From IMG/VR virus record IMGVR_UViG_3300035669_000001, positions 13,901 through 77,900 of that record: a stretch of DNA of 64,000 nucleotides. The stretch is one strand, 5' to 3'. Position 1 is the stretch's first letter. Each line of letters starts with the position of its first letter. The notes under the pieces were generated by a model. The model made no database searches and was not told the origin of the DNA. It saw only the letters and a list, made by a program, of their open reading frames with translations. Below are positions 36,939-47,410 of the stretch, piece after piece. A program made the translations under genes and the position numbers. Source of the DNA: a virus.

Positions 36939-39900
36939 GTGGACGAGGACTACACAGTAGGCCTGAGAGCCGACACCCGTAGCTACGAGTCGTCCATCAG
37001 TGGTGCTGCCAGCATCACCAACACTCTCACCGCCTCTCTCGTACGGCTCGGTCAGACCCTCGGGTCGGTAGCCCAGCGGGCGGACCGCCGGCTCACCTTG
37101 ATCTCGGCGGCCGAGGCTGCCACCATCGTCGGCGTCACGGTGGCCGCGGCCCGGCTGGACCAGCAGATGTCCCAGCTGCAGGCCCGCCAGGTGATGTTGG
37201 ACCGGGGCACCAACAACTACCTCAAGACGGTCAACCAGCTGCGCACCGGGCTCGGGCTGACCTCGCAGGAGAGCATCGGCCTGGTCACCCAGCTGAACCG
37301 GCTCAACGTGCCCTTCAGCCAGCAGAAGACCTCGATCGAGAGCTACGTCCGGCTGGCCGCTGTCACCGGCGACTCCGTACAGGGGCTGGCCCAGGCCAAC
37401 ACCCAGTTCATGCGGACGATGGGCAACACCCAGCCGGTGGAGCGCTACTCCTCCATGGTGGCCAACCTGTCCGAGAAGTACGGCGCCGGTGCCCAGTCCA
37501 CCCTGGACTTCGCAAACCAGATCGCTCCGCTGTCGAAGGTGATGGGCATGAACGCCCAGGAGATCACCGGGATCTCCGCTGCCTTCTCCAAGGCCGGGCA
37601 GGACGGCTCCGCAGCGGGCAACGTCTACACCAAGATCCTCTCCGACGTGAACCGAGCCATCCAGTACGGCTCCCCGGAGGTGCAGGTCTACTCCGACATG
37701 CTCGGCAAGAGCGTGGAGCAGTTCAAGGCCATGCCCAAGGCCGAGGTCGTCACGGCCATCTTCGAGTCCCTCAACAAGGAGGGCCCGCAGGCCATCAAGA
37801 CCCTGGAGCGCCTCGGCCTGGAGGGGGTGCGCTCCCAGCGGGCCATCACCGCAGTGGTCCAGCAGGGCGGCCTGCGCCAGGGCATCGCCGACGCCAACGC
37901 TGGCTGGAACGACCCGGCCCGCTTCCGGGGTGCCTCCGACCAGGCCCTGAAGGGCATGAACGACCAGCTGGCCCGGGCGGGGGAGACCACCAAGGCTTTC
38001 GCGCAGGGAGTTGGTCAGACCTTCCTGCCGGCCGCCAACTCACTGGCCAAGGGCTTCAACGTCCTGCTCTCCCCGCTGCGGGTGCTGACCGACCTGTTCA
38101 ACTCCGACTCAGGGCTGGCGGGGGCGGTCAAGACACTGCTCGCCTTCGGGGCTGGAGCGGCTGTTCTGGCCCCTCTGATCCCACGGCTGCTGATGGGGCT
38201 GGCCGGAGCCTCCCTGCTGCCCACACTGGCCCGCGGGAGCCTGGGACAGGGCTTCCTGCTCGGCCGCAACCCCAACATGGCCCTGGGTGCCAACCAGCGG
38301 TCGTTCATGGAGGGCGGGGGCACCGCTGGCACCCGCACGCTGTTCCGCGGCGGCATGGCCCTGGGCGGGATGCTCAACGTCGGTGGGCGGCGGGGTGACC
38401 TCTCCCAGCACCGGTTCGTCGACCCGGTCACCGGGCGGGTGCGCGAGCACAGGTCGCTGCCCGGCTACGCGGAGTCGATGGTCCGCCTGGGGCTGATGAC
38501 CGAGGAGGACGCCGCCCGCAGCCTCAACCGCGAGGGCAGGGCACCGTACACCGGCGAGCTGACCGGGAGGGCGGCCAGCCTGGCAGCAGCGGGGCTGCCG
38601 GTCCCGGCGGGCGTGGCCAGGGACATCGAGAACGCCCGGCCGCGGGAGCGGCTCGGCACCCGCACGATCAACCGCGGAATCGGGTTCGCCGGCGACATGT
38701 TCCGGGCCCAGCTGAACCCGTGGACCAAGAGCTACCTGGACAAGTCGATGGAGGGCGGGCCGGACGCCGTCACCCAGGAGTCCCGCTGGCGCGACACCAA
38801 GCCGATCGCGAGCGTGCGGAGGTTCTTCAGCCAGGACGCCCTGGACGAGCAGGTCAAGGCGACCAAGGAGCACGCGGGCAACATCCGGTCCCAGACCAAG
38901 ATGCTCACCGAGATGACGGCCGAGCAGCGCCGGGTCTACCGGGAGTCCCACTCCATCGTGCGGAACTTCGGCAAAGAGCTGCTGATGACCGCTGGGACGG
39001 GCGCCAGGGCCACCGCAGGGCTCGGGTACGGCGCGGCCCGGCTGGGTGCCACCGGGCTGATGAAGGCCGGTGGAGGGCTGCTGAACCTCGCCGGTGGCCC
39101 CGCCGGGGTAGCCCTCGCCGCCGGGCTGGGTGCCTACACCTTGAACAAGGAGAACCGGGCCAGTTGGGAGGAGGGCATCAGGGGACGCGAGGGCGACCAG
39201 TCCGCCGGTGCCGACTACCGCAACGCCCTGGGGCTCGGGGAGAAGTCGCTCAAGAGCTTCGCTGAAGTGGTCAACCAGACCAACGCGGCGCTGAAGACCT
39301 CGGTCTCCTCGGTCGGTGAGGCCATCACGATCTCTGCCGAGGACATCGCCAGGGCGTCCGGGCGGGTCAACCTGATCGTGGACAACAACATCAAGACCAT
39401 GTCCGCGAACCAGGCGAAGATCTACGCCGGGGCCATCCTGCCCACCGCGGACCCGCGCGAGGCCCAGGCCCTCAAGCTCGACCTGATCGCCAGGTACGGC
39501 GGTGCCGAAGCCAAGAACATCCTGTCGGCCGGGATGGAGGGCGGCACCCAGAGCAACGCCTTCGGGATGATCGCCAACCAGCAACAGCAGTCCTGGGTGC
39601 CGAAGTGGCTCGGGACCTGGCAGGGGACGCAGACCCAGGCCACCAAGGACGCCGTGCAGATGGTGGCGGACACCAACAAGACCCAGATCGCGGCAGTGGA
39701 GCAACGCTCGGGTGCCTCGGGGGTGGGACAGCTCCAGCAGTCGAAGATGAACGAGTTCTTCGCAGCGGTGGACGACCGGGGACGCGCCGGCGGCAACGCC
39801 CGCGGCTACAGCCTCGGGGCGATGGGCTCCCAGACGTCCAAGGGCATGTACCAGAGCATGGCCCAGACCCTGGGGCTGGACGTCAACGACAACGCCTCCA

Positions 39901-42900
39901 AGGAGGCCGTGCAGCGGGTGCTGGACCGGCTGCGCAAGTCCGACACGACGGGGATGACCGACCCGCAGCGGCAGGCGCTGATCCAGCGGCTGCAGAACGA
40001 GGAGTTCGCCAACACCAGCATCGGCGCGCGCAGGGCCGAGATGATCGGGATGGGAGGCCAGTTCAGCGGGCTGGGGTACGAGGTCAAGGGGCTCTCGGAG
40101 GAGAAGCCCTTCCTGGCCATCCAGGGGATGGGCCTGGAGAACCTCCGCAAGACCTCGGTCGGGCGGACGGCCACCTCCTTCACCGGAGGGGGCACGGGCA
40201 GCAGCTTCAACGAGGCGCTGGCCAACGAGGGCAACCCGGACATCCAAGCCCACGCGGTGCGCGAGCTGCTGGACCGGACGATGACGGAGAACCAGGGCAA
40301 CTGGGCCTTCATCAACGCCGCGATGGTGGACTTCAAGCAGAACGCCGGCGCTGCCTCCCAGCAGTCCTCCCAGCTCGCGGACGCGCTGATGGCGGCCGGT
40401 GCAGCGGCCCGGCAGTTCTCCAACAACATGGAGGGGCGGAACACCCTGCCCCAGCGCGCCCAGTCGGCACTGACCGACCTGGCGGACGCCCAGAACGCCT
40501 ACCGGACCAACCCCAACGCACCGGGTGCCTACACCCGGGTCGAGGAGACCCGCAAGGGCGTGGAGGCCACCCTGGTCGAGGGCAAGGAGCGGATGGACTC
40601 CCTGGCCACCCAGATCCGCCAGGCCGAGGTGCAGCGCCGCCAGGGGATCGAGGCGATGGACCGCCAGCAGGCCAGGTCGCTGGAGAGCTACTACCGCCAG
40701 GCCGGGAACGCCGAGACCGACTTCGCCCGCTCGCGTGCGCGGAACACCGAGCAGTTCCAGCTCTCTCAGGCACGCGCGCAGGAGGACTTCACCCGGCAGC
40801 GCCGCAGGGGCGAGGCGGACTTCTTCAAGCAGCGCCGCCGCGGCGAGGAGGACTACAACCACCAGGTCGTCACGATGGCCAACGCGGCGGCCAAGAGCGT
40901 CTCCGACGTCTACGCCAGGATCAACGTGTCCAGGACGTGGAGCGCGCCCAACCTGCTGTCGAACATGGCCGACCAGCAGCGCAGGCTGGACGAGCAGCAG
41001 GCCAACCTGGCCCGCGCACGGCGGGCGGGCCTGTCCAACGCGGCCATCCAGCAGCTGGGGCTGAACGAGGCGGCCAACGCCCAGCAGCTCGAGCGGATGG
41101 TGCAGGACATGATCGACGACCCGCGGCTGGCTGCGCAGATGAACGCCGCGGTGAACAAGCGCCGCAAGACCGCCGGTGCCCTGATGAAGGACCCCGCCAA
41201 CGAGCAGTGGACCGAGATGGAGCGCCAGCGCAAGCTCGGCCTGCGTCGGTCCCAGGAGGACTTCAACGAGGCCATGGACCGCCAGGCCGCGGACTTCCGC
41301 AGGTCGGTGTCTCGAGGGCGCAGGGACTTCTCCCGGCAGATGAGCCAGGCTGCCGAGGACTTCTCGATCATGCGGGAGCGCCAGCGCAAGGAGCTGGACA
41401 TCTCCTTCCAGCAGATGCGCACGGACTTCAGGATCCAGCAGCGGATCAGCAAAGAGAACATGAGCACCTTCGCCAAGGACATCTCGCAGTCCTGGGCCGA
41501 CGTCTACAAGGTCATCCACGCCAACACCACCGGTGAGACCCGCAGGCAGTTCGAGGAGATCAACCGGATCTTCGGCATCTACGACAAGGTCACCAAGGAC
41601 CACAACAACACCCTGGTCGCCGACGTCACCGAGCCCTACCGGGCCCTCACCGCGGCCAAGCCGTTCCGGCTGACCAAGGGCGGGCCGCTGATGGCCATGG
41701 GCGGTCCAGAGAGTCCCTCGGACGTCGCACACGCCGCGGCCCTGGGAGGACCCGGTGGAGCCTCCGGGAACCCCGCCCAGGCCGATGGGGACACCTCCAA
41801 GAAGTGGAACCCGCTGGCCACGATGCACGTCAACACCCCCTACGGCAAGCGGGGCGCGTGGGCGGCCGGCTACCACACCGGCACGGACCTGCGGGGAACC
41901 ACCGGGACGCCCATCCACGCCGTCGCCCCCGGCAGGGTGGTGTTCGTCGGCTGGGGAGGGGCCTACGGGAACTTCACCAAGCTCGACCACGGCAAGGACG
42001 GCGCGGGGCGCAACGTGCAGTCCTGGTACGCCCACCAGTCCGCCCAGAACGTCCGCCGCGGCGAGGTCGTGGACGGCGGCGAGCAGATCGGCAAGGTCGG
42101 CTACACCGGTCGCGTCTTCCCCAAGGGGCCCGGAGGCTCCCACCTGCACCTGGAGATCCGGCTCAACGGCCGCGACGTCAACCCGATGTCCTGGCTGCGC
42201 GGGTCCTCGGGGGTGTCGGGTGCCGGTGGCACTGACGTCGGCGACCCCACCCAGATGCCCGACTGGTCGAAGATGAAGGGGGTCAAGGCGCACGCCGACT
42301 GGCTGGACGCCCTGGGCATGTTCGACCAGGGCTGGGCGAGCAAGAAGACCCTCCCGGCACTGCTGTCCGCCAGGTTCGCTGCCGACCTGGAGAAGGCCGG
42401 GCTCACCCCAGGCACCTCCAGCACACCGGGCAACCTCTCCAAGGGGGTCAGCGGGACCAACCAGGAGATCGGCCGGCAGATGATGCTCCGGATGGGCTGG
42501 GCGGCCAACCAGTGGCCCTCCCTGAAGGCGCTGTGGACCGGTGAGTCCAACTGGGACGAGCACGCCTACAACCGCTCCTCCGGGGCCACCGGCATCCCCC
42601 AGGCCCTGCCGGGGTCCAAGATGCGCTCCGCTGGTGCGGACTGGCGCACCAACGCCGCCACCCAGATCGAGTGGGGGCTGGGCTACATCAAGGACCGCTA
42701 CGGCTCGCCCTCCAAGGCCTACTCCACCTGGAACAACCGGCACCCGCACTGGTACGCCCAGGGCACCGAGTCCGCCCAGACCGGCTGGGGCGTGGTCGGC
42801 GAGAATGGTCCCGAGCTGCGCTACTTCAGGGGCGGGGAGCGGGTCCGCAACAACACCCAGCTGATGCAGACGGTGCTGTCCTCCAAGGCGCACGAGGTGG

Positions 42901-43061
42901 TCACCCCGTCCTCGACCGTGACCAACAACAACCGCTACGACCACTCGGTCACCTACACAGGTGAGATCAAGGTGGAGGCCAACGACCCGCTCGACTTCGA
43001 GCGGAAGCTGGAGAACAGGAACCGGCTGCGGAGCCTGACCACGCCGAGGAGGAGCAGATGA
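36939..43061 (+). CDS. Tape measure protein with C-terminal M23 peptidase and lytic transglycosylase domains
   Basis: 2040 aa. M23 motifs HTGTD..YAH..HLHLE; SLT motifs ESNW..A.N.SSGATGIPQ..QIEWGLGYIKDRYG. Confidence 0.95.
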   Translation: MDEDYTVGLRADTRSYESSISGAASITNTLTASLVRLGQTLGSVAQRADRRLTLISAAEAATIVGVTVAAARLDQQMSQLQARQVMLDRGTNNYLKTVNQLRTGLGLTSQESIGLVTQLNRLNVPFSQQKTSIESYVRLAAVTGDSVQGLAQANTQFMRTMGNTQPVERYSSMVANLSEKYGAGAQSTLDFANQIAPLSKVMGMNAQEITGISAAFSKAGQDGSAAGNVYTKILSDVNRAIQYGSPEVQVYSDMLGKSVEQFKAMPKAEVVTAIFESLNKEGPQAIKTLERLGLEGVRSQRAITAVVQQGGLRQGIADANAGWNDPARFRGASDQALKGMNDQLARAGETTKAFAQGVGQTFLPAANSLAKGFNVLLSPLRVLTDLFNSDSGLAGAVKTLLAFGAGAAVLAPLIPRLLMGLAGASLLPTLARGSLGQGFLLGRNPNMALGANQRSFMEGGGTAGTRTLFRGGMALGGMLNVGGRRGDLSQHRFVDPVTGRVREHRSLPGYAESMVRLGLMTEEDAARSLNREGRAPYTGELTGRAASLAAAGLPVPAGVARDIENARPRERLGTRTINRGIGFAGDMFRAQLNPWTKSYLDKSMEGGPDAVTQESRWRDTKPIASVRRFFSQDALDEQVKATKEHAGNIRSQTKMLTEMTAEQRRVYRESHSIVRNFGKELLMTAGTGARATAGLGYGAARLGATGLMKAGGGLLNLAGGPAGVALAAGLGAYTLNKENRASWEEGIRGREGDQSAGADYRNALGLGEKSLKSFAEVVNQTNAALKTSVSSVGEAITISAEDIARASGRVNLIVDNNIKTMSANQAKIYAGAILPTADPREAQALKLDLIARYGGAEAKNILSAGMEGGTQSNAFGMIANQQQQSWVPKWLGTWQGTQTQATKDAVQMVADTNKTQIAAVEQRSGASGVGQLQQSKMNEFFAAVDDRGRAGGNARGYSLGAMGSQTSKGMYQSMAQTLGLDVNDNASKEAVQRVLDRLRKSDTTGMTDPQRQALIQRLQNEEFANTSIGARRAEMIGMGGQFSGLGYEVKGLSEEKPFLAIQGMGLENLRKTSVGRTATSFTGGGTGSSFNEALANEGNPDIQAHAVRELLDRTMTENQGNWAFINAAMVDFKQNAGAASQQSSQLADALMAAGAAARQFSNNMEGRNTLPQRAQSALTDLADAQNAYRTNPNAPGAYTRVEETRKGVEATLVEGKERMDSLATQIRQAEVQRRQGIEAMDRQQARSLESYYRQAGNAETDFARSRARNTEQFQLSQARAQEDFTRQRRRGEADFFKQRRRGEEDYNHQVVTMANAAAKSVSDVYARINVSRTWSAPNLLSNMADQQRRLDEQQANLARARRAGLSNAAIQQLGLNEAANAQQLERMVQDMIDDPRLAAQMNAAVNKRRKTAGALMKDPANEQWTEMERQRKLGLRRSQEDFNEAMDRQAADFRRSVSRGRRDFSRQMSQAAEDFSIMRERQRKELDISFQQMRTDFRIQQRISKENMSTFAKDISQSWADVYKVIHANTTGETRRQFEEINRIFGIYDKVTKDHNNTLVADVTEPYRALTAAKPFRLTKGGPLMAMGGPESPSDVAHAAALGGPGGASGNPAQADGDTSKKWNPLATMHVNTPYGKRGAWAAGYHTGTDLRGTTGTPIHAVAPGRVVFVGWGGAYGNFTKLDHGKDGAGRNVQSWYAHQSAQNVRRGEVVDGGEQIGKVGYTGRVFPKGPGGSHLHLEIRLNGRDVNPMSWLRGSSGVSGAGGTDVGDPTQMPDWSKMKGVKAHADWLDALGMFDQGWASKKTLPALLSARFAADLEKAGLTPGTSSTPGNLSKGVSGTNQEIGRQMMLRMGWAANQWPSLKALWTGESNWDEHAYNRSSGATGIPQALPGSKMRSAGADWRTNAATQIEWGLGYIKDRYGSPSKAYSTWNNRHPHWYAQGTESAQTGWGVVGENGPELRYFRGGERVRNNTQLMQTVLSSKAHEVVTPSSTVTNNNRYDHSVTYTGEIKVEANDPLDFERKLENRNRLRSLTTPRRSR

Positions 43062-43552
43062 GGTACGACTACCAGGGCGGACCGGCCCGCCTCGCCAACG
43101 ACTTCGCGCTGGCCCTGGACGTAGAGGTCTCCTACGCGGGCCTGTGGCACAGCCTCAACGACCACTTCAACTACCGGATGGGCACCGAGGGGTTCGGGGT
43201 CGCCGAGCAGACCAGGCGCCGCAAGAGCGTCTCCAACGACTTCTTCGAGGGCGACTTCGAGGTGCGCTCGGTGCGTGCCAGCGTGAAGCGGACCCTGGAC
43301 GTCTGGGTGTACGGCGCCGACCAGGTAGAGGTCCAGGAGAACATCGCCAGGCTCGTGGACGAGGACAGCGGGTGGTTCTCCCAGGACGCCTACAACGTCC
43401 GGGTGCGCCTGAACGAGTACGCCGAGACCTGGCTCTGCGACTCCGCTGACTACTCGGTGGACGGGTCCCACATCTTCCTGCACAACTGCATGGCCCGGGT
43501 GCGGCTGACCTTCTCGACCGCGCCCAAGGTCTCCAAGGAGATCCTGCTGTGA
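43058..43552 (+). CDS. Minor tail protein (Dit-like position)
   Basis: Immediately follows the tape measure gene. Confidence 0.6.
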   Translation: MRYDYQGGPARLANDFALALDVEVSYAGLWHSLNDHFNYRMGTEGFGVAEQTRRRKSVSNDFFEGDFEVRSVRASVKRTLDVWVYGADQVEVQENIARLVDEDSGWFSQDAYNVRVRLNEYAETWLCDSADYSVDGSHIFLHNCMARVRLTFSTAPKVSKEILL

Positions 43553-43986
43553 GCGCCGGCGGGATCACCCAGGCCGGGATCGGCTACCTGCTGGACCTGC
43601 TCCGCAACGCCGTGGCACCGGCGCCCACCTACTACGTCGCCCTGGTGGCCCAGCTGCCGCCGGGGTTCACCATCGGCGGGGAGGAGCTCGACGAGCCGGA
43701 CTTCGCCGAGTACGCCCGCGCGGAGATAGTCAACGACTCCGCGTCCTGGGAGATCACCGACAATGTGATGTCCAACACCGGCGAGGTCACCTTCCCCACC
43801 GCCGGTGCGGAGTGGGGCCAGGTGAGCTACTGGGCGATCTGCGACCAGCCCCAGTCTCTGGGAGGATCGGTGCTGTGGTGCGGGCAGTTCTCCGAGCCGC
43901 TGTGGGTCGAGGACGGACAGCAGGTCTACCTCAACCCCGGCGAGCTCGGGCTGCCCATCTCGGGCAACCAGTGGCTGATGAGGTAG
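43549..43986 (+). CDS. Minor tail protein
   Basis: YVAL..P..E...YAR..FP...W.I.D motif; paralogous to 46997-47356. Confidence 0.7.
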   Translation: MSAGGITQAGIGYLLDLLRNAVAPAPTYYVALVAQLPPGFTIGGEELDEPDFAEYARAEIVNDSASWEITDNVMSNTGEVTFPTAGAEWGQVSYWAICDQPQSLGGSVLWCGQFSEPLWVEDGQQVYLNPGELGLPISGNQWLMR

Positions 43987-43989
43987 CAG

Positions 43990-44841
43990 ATGAGCGTCAC
44001 CCCGTACGGCTTCGCCTCCGCGCAGGTGCGCTCCTTCGCACCGGTCGAGGACGACGGCGTCATCCCCCAGTCGGTCGTCGCCGTGGCCACCGAGGACTTC
44101 GTGCTGCTGGACGGCCAGCCGGTCGTGCCGGCCGTCTGGGCCGAGGCGGTGGGGGAGGTCACTGCGGAGGGCCTGTACTACGTGGAGCGTCCCTCCATCC
44201 TCGACATCCACTCCGACGCCATGGTGCGCTTCGTGGCGACCGAGGAGACCTTCGACACCGTCTCCTACGTCTGGAGCCCGCTGGCCTCTGAGATGGTCAG
44301 CAGGTACCAGCTGGACGGGTCCCCGCTGAGCGCCCCCGTCCTGGGGGAGAGCCGCTACCAGATCGGCCGGGAGATCTTCACCCCGGGCCACCTGGACTTC
44401 GCCGGGGCGGTGCTGACGAGCGACTTCAACGACGGCTTCGACGACGCCTTCTCCTTCACCATCGCGATGGCCCTCAACCTGTCCGACACCGGCTACAACC
44501 TCGTCACCTTCCTGGACGGCTCCTTCGTCTCGGTGGTCGACGGCGGGCTGCTGGCAGAGGTGGACGGGCACCGCTTCGGCGTCGACATCCCCCAGGGCCC
44601 CGCGGCCGCCACCCCGTTGTATGTCGTGCTGGACGTCACACCCCCCGTAGCGACCCTGATCGGTGCCACCGGCCCGGCCAAGATCTTCCGGGGGTCGTCC
44701 GCGGTGAGCGCGCGGACCACGTCCTTCGTCTTCACCCTGACCGGGGAGATGGAGCTGTTCAGCCTGGACGTCTGGGGCGACGAGAAGCCCGGGGTGGCCG
44801 AGATCGTGGCCCGCTACGCCTCCGTGCTGGGTGCCTCGTGA
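43990..44841 (+). CDS. Minor tail protein
   Basis: Synteny; acidic and beta-rich. Confidence 0.6.
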   Translation: MSVTPYGFASAQVRSFAPVEDDGVIPQSVVAVATEDFVLLDGQPVVPAVWAEAVGEVTAEGLYYVERPSILDIHSDAMVRFVATEETFDTVSYVWSPLASEMVSRYQLDGSPLSAPVLGESRYQIGREIFTPGHLDFAGAVLTSDFNDGFDDAFSFTIAMALNLSDTGYNLVTFLDGSFVSVVDGGLLAEVDGHRFGVDIPQGPAAATPLYVVLDVTPPVATLIGATGPAKIFRGSSAVSARTTSFVFTLTGEMELFSLDVWGDEKPGVAEIVARYASVLGAS

Positions 44842-47000
44842 GGGCACCGGGAGCGACCAAGCACTACGGGGGCAAGGGCTACTTCCGGGTCCGGGTCAAG
44901 CACCCCTCGGGCAGGTGGCGCGACATCACCATGTTCCGGAGCAAGCCGGTCCTGGTGACCTCCTACTCCTCGGCCGACCCCTTCGGGGACACCTCGGCGG
45001 TGCTGACCTTCCCGCAGGTCACCGCCTTCGAGCGGCCGGGCTCGGGCGACCTGTGGTGGCTGGTGCCCTGGGCGGGCGTGGAGATCGTCTGGTACGACCT
45101 GGTGGACGGGGTCTCGATCCCCTCCGACTGGGTCTGGGAGGGCAACATCGTCTCCGAGGAGATCAGCAGCGACTACTCGGTGCAGTGCAAGGGCGCGCTC
45201 TACATGAGCGACAACTTCCAGGCCGCGCCCTTCTACCCCCAGTACCCGGTCCCCTACGAGAAGCTGATCGTGATGGCGCTGGACCCGGTCACCCACCCGT
45301 CGCTTAGGAACAAGCCCTGCAAGGTGGTCTGGCCGGAGGGGTGGAACGTGCGGGTGCCGGCCTTCGACGAGCCCTCCTACCTGTGGTTCCTGCGGCCCTG
45401 GGGCGTCGCCAAGGGCGAGCGCTGGTCGAGCCTGACGACACGCTCCACGGGCTCGTGGGAGCCGGTGCTGACCGGCTTCGTGCAGACCCTGCTGTCGACG
45501 ATGTACACCCCCGAGGGCGACCAGTGGACGCTGCTGAAGGAGCGCGGGAGGGTGCCGGTCCTGCGGGTTCGGAACCCGGTCCGGGCCCCTCAGGCGGACA
45601 CCCTGACGGTCTACCACGGCGCACCCGGGGTGACGGTGAGCCTCAGCCGCGACTTCAACCAGAGCGCGAACGTGATCTACGGGTCCGGAACCGACCTCGC
45701 GGGGAGCACGTTCTCCGGGGCCCAGGTCTCCACGGACGGCGAGAGCACCTACTACGAGCCCTTCGCGGCCCTCCCCCAGGTGCACCCGGCAAGCGGTGCC
45801 AACCCCCGGCTGGTCTCGACCATGACCCGCAAGGAGTCCCGGCTCACCTTCCCCTCCGGGATCGACGAGCTTGCGGCCAGGGACATCTCGACCACCCAGA
45901 TCCGGCGCTTCGCCGACCCGGGCTACACCGGCACGGTGACGCTGGAGAGCGACCCGTTCTCCGATGGCGAGCCCTTCAACCGGATGCTCGTCACCGCCGG
46001 CGTCTCGCTGCTGGTGAAGAACCTGCGGGGCGACGACGTGCTGTTCCACGTCTCGTCGGTGGAGGTGTCCCCGATGGACGGCACGGCCTCCCTCACGGTC
46101 GACACCAAGTTCCGGGACGCCGTCAGCGTGGCCGAGGTGCGCGCGCGTACGCGGGACGCCCTGGACCCCGTCTACGCCCTGCAGGTGGGCAAGGCCTCCA
46201 CCACGGTGCCCGACCTGCTCAAGCCCTGGTCCTACTCCGCTGGGTCGGGTGTGATCCCCTCCGGGTCGAGCCTGGACGCCACCCCGCTGTTCAAACAGAT
46301 GCCGCCGACCACCGCGTTCCCCTGGACGGAGTGGACCCGGAGGTTCCCGCCGAAGAAGTACCCGAAGTACTACGTCAAGGTCTCCCGCAAGGGACCCAAG
46401 GCCTCCGACCGCTGGCAAGACAACGGCTACAAGCCGACCGCCAAGCGCTCGATCGCGGTTCCCGTCAAGGCCTCCCAGACCGGGGAGGTCAGGCTGACCC
46501 AGATCGCGGCCTACGACGCGGACGGCAACCAGGTCAAGGTGCGCTTCCACGTCGGGGTCTACTTCAACTCCGGCGTCACCACCAACGACATGCCGATGAT
46601 TCCCAAGGGGGCCAAGGGCCTCCCCTACGCCGCGTCCGACCGCTACCCGTTCTTCCCCGAGGCCTTCGAGACCCACAAGCCCAACGGGGAGGAGCAGGAC
46701 AACCCGGCTGTGCTGCTGCCCCAGGGGGCCGAGATGGTGGTGGGCTGGGGGAACGTGAACGACCCGGCCGGCTACTCACCCGGTCTGTTCTCCTCCGGTG
46801 GGGCGAAGACCGGCAGGCTGGTCGACGAGACCGGGTGGTCCTTCGACACCTCCGGCTACGGGGACTTCGACAAGTACTCGGTCAAGAACAACGCCAAGAA
46901 CAAGTCGGCCGGAATGCTCTACATGATGGTGTTCTGTGACGATACGGCCGAGGATGTGTACTTCCTGGGCAGACTTTTCAGGAAGGAGCCTGGGACGTGA
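44838..47000 (+). CDS. Minor tail protein (baseplate hub/Tal-like)
   Basis: 720 aa in the tail tip module. Confidence 0.65.
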   Translation: MRAPGATKHYGGKGYFRVRVKHPSGRWRDITMFRSKPVLVTSYSSADPFGDTSAVLTFPQVTAFERPGSGDLWWLVPWAGVEIVWYDLVDGVSIPSDWVWEGNIVSEEISSDYSVQCKGALYMSDNFQAAPFYPQYPVPYEKLIVMALDPVTHPSLRNKPCKVVWPEGWNVRVPAFDEPSYLWFLRPWGVAKGERWSSLTTRSTGSWEPVLTGFVQTLLSTMYTPEGDQWTLLKERGRVPVLRVRNPVRAPQADTLTVYHGAPGVTVSLSRDFNQSANVIYGSGTDLAGSTFSGAQVSTDGESTYYEPFAALPQVHPASGANPRLVSTMTRKESRLTFPSGIDELAARDISTTQIRRFADPGYTGTVTLESDPFSDGEPFNRMLVTAGVSLLVKNLRGDDVLFHVSSVEVSPMDGTASLTVDTKFRDAVSVAEVRARTRDALDPVYALQVGKASTTVPDLLKPWSYSAGSGVIPSGSSLDATPLFKQMPPTTAFPWTEWTRRFPPKKYPKYYVKVSRKGPKASDRWQDNGYKPTAKRSIAVPVKASQTGEVRLTQIAAYDADGNQVKVRFHVGVYFNSGVTTNDMPMIPKGAKGLPYAASDRYPFFPEAFETHKPNGEEQDNPAVLLPQGAEMVVGWGNVNDPAGYSPGLFSSGGAKTGRLVDETGWSFDTSGYGDFDKYSVKNNAKNKSAGMLYMMVFCDDTAEDVYFLGRLFRKEPGT

Positions 47001-47356
47001 GCTTCTCCGACTACCTCGTGGAGAAGTGGCTGGGGGACTTCTCGACCTGTTTCGTGGCGCTGCACTACGACGACCCGAGGACCGCCGGCGCCTACGCCTC
47101 GGAGGTGTGGGGCGGGGCGTACGCGCGCTGCAGGGCCACCTTCTCCCTGCCCGGCAACCGGGTCACCTGGAACTCCACGGTGCTGCACTTCGCCGGTCTC
47201 CCCGGCACCCTCATCACCCACCTGGCGATCTGGGACGTGGAGGTGAACGGGAACTTCATGGCCTCCGGGGTGGTCCCCAACGGCCCCGTCCGGGTCGCTC
47301 CGGGCGGACGGTACGACCTCGGGGTCAACCAGTTCGCGGTCAGCATCCGGTCTTGA
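46997..47356 (+). CDS. Minor tail protein
   Basis: FVALHYDDP..EV.GGAYAR..ITHLAIWD. Confidence 0.7.
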   Translation: MSFSDYLVEKWLGDFSTCFVALHYDDPRTAGAYASEVWGGAYARCRATFSLPGNRVTWNSTVLHFAGLPGTLITHLAIWDVEVNGNFMASGVVPNGPVRVAPGGRYDLGVNQFAVSIRS

Positions 47357-47364
47357 TTCTGGGC

Positions 47365-47404
47365 AAAAAAAAAGGCCAGAGGCCCGCCCCCGAAGGGGCG
47401 GGCC
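47365..47404 (-). terminator. Intrinsic terminator at the convergence of the two arms
   Basis: 10-bp GC stem with UUCG loop on the - strand and a T9 tract 7 nt downstream. Confidence 0.8.
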
Positions 47405-47410
47405 AGAGGC

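Noticed and set aside
39605-41536. Long alternative-frame + strand ORFs (also 45341-46939)
   Set aside because: Arg/Gly/Pro-rich off-frame products typical of high-GC DNA, overlapping bona fide genes.
38109-42944. 1611-aa antisense ORF, and similar long antisense ORFs at 23558-25465, 25183-26775, 44814-46676 and 15186-16637
   Set aside because: Shadow ORFs caused by GC3 bias on the opposite strand of clear genes; no motifs or RBS.
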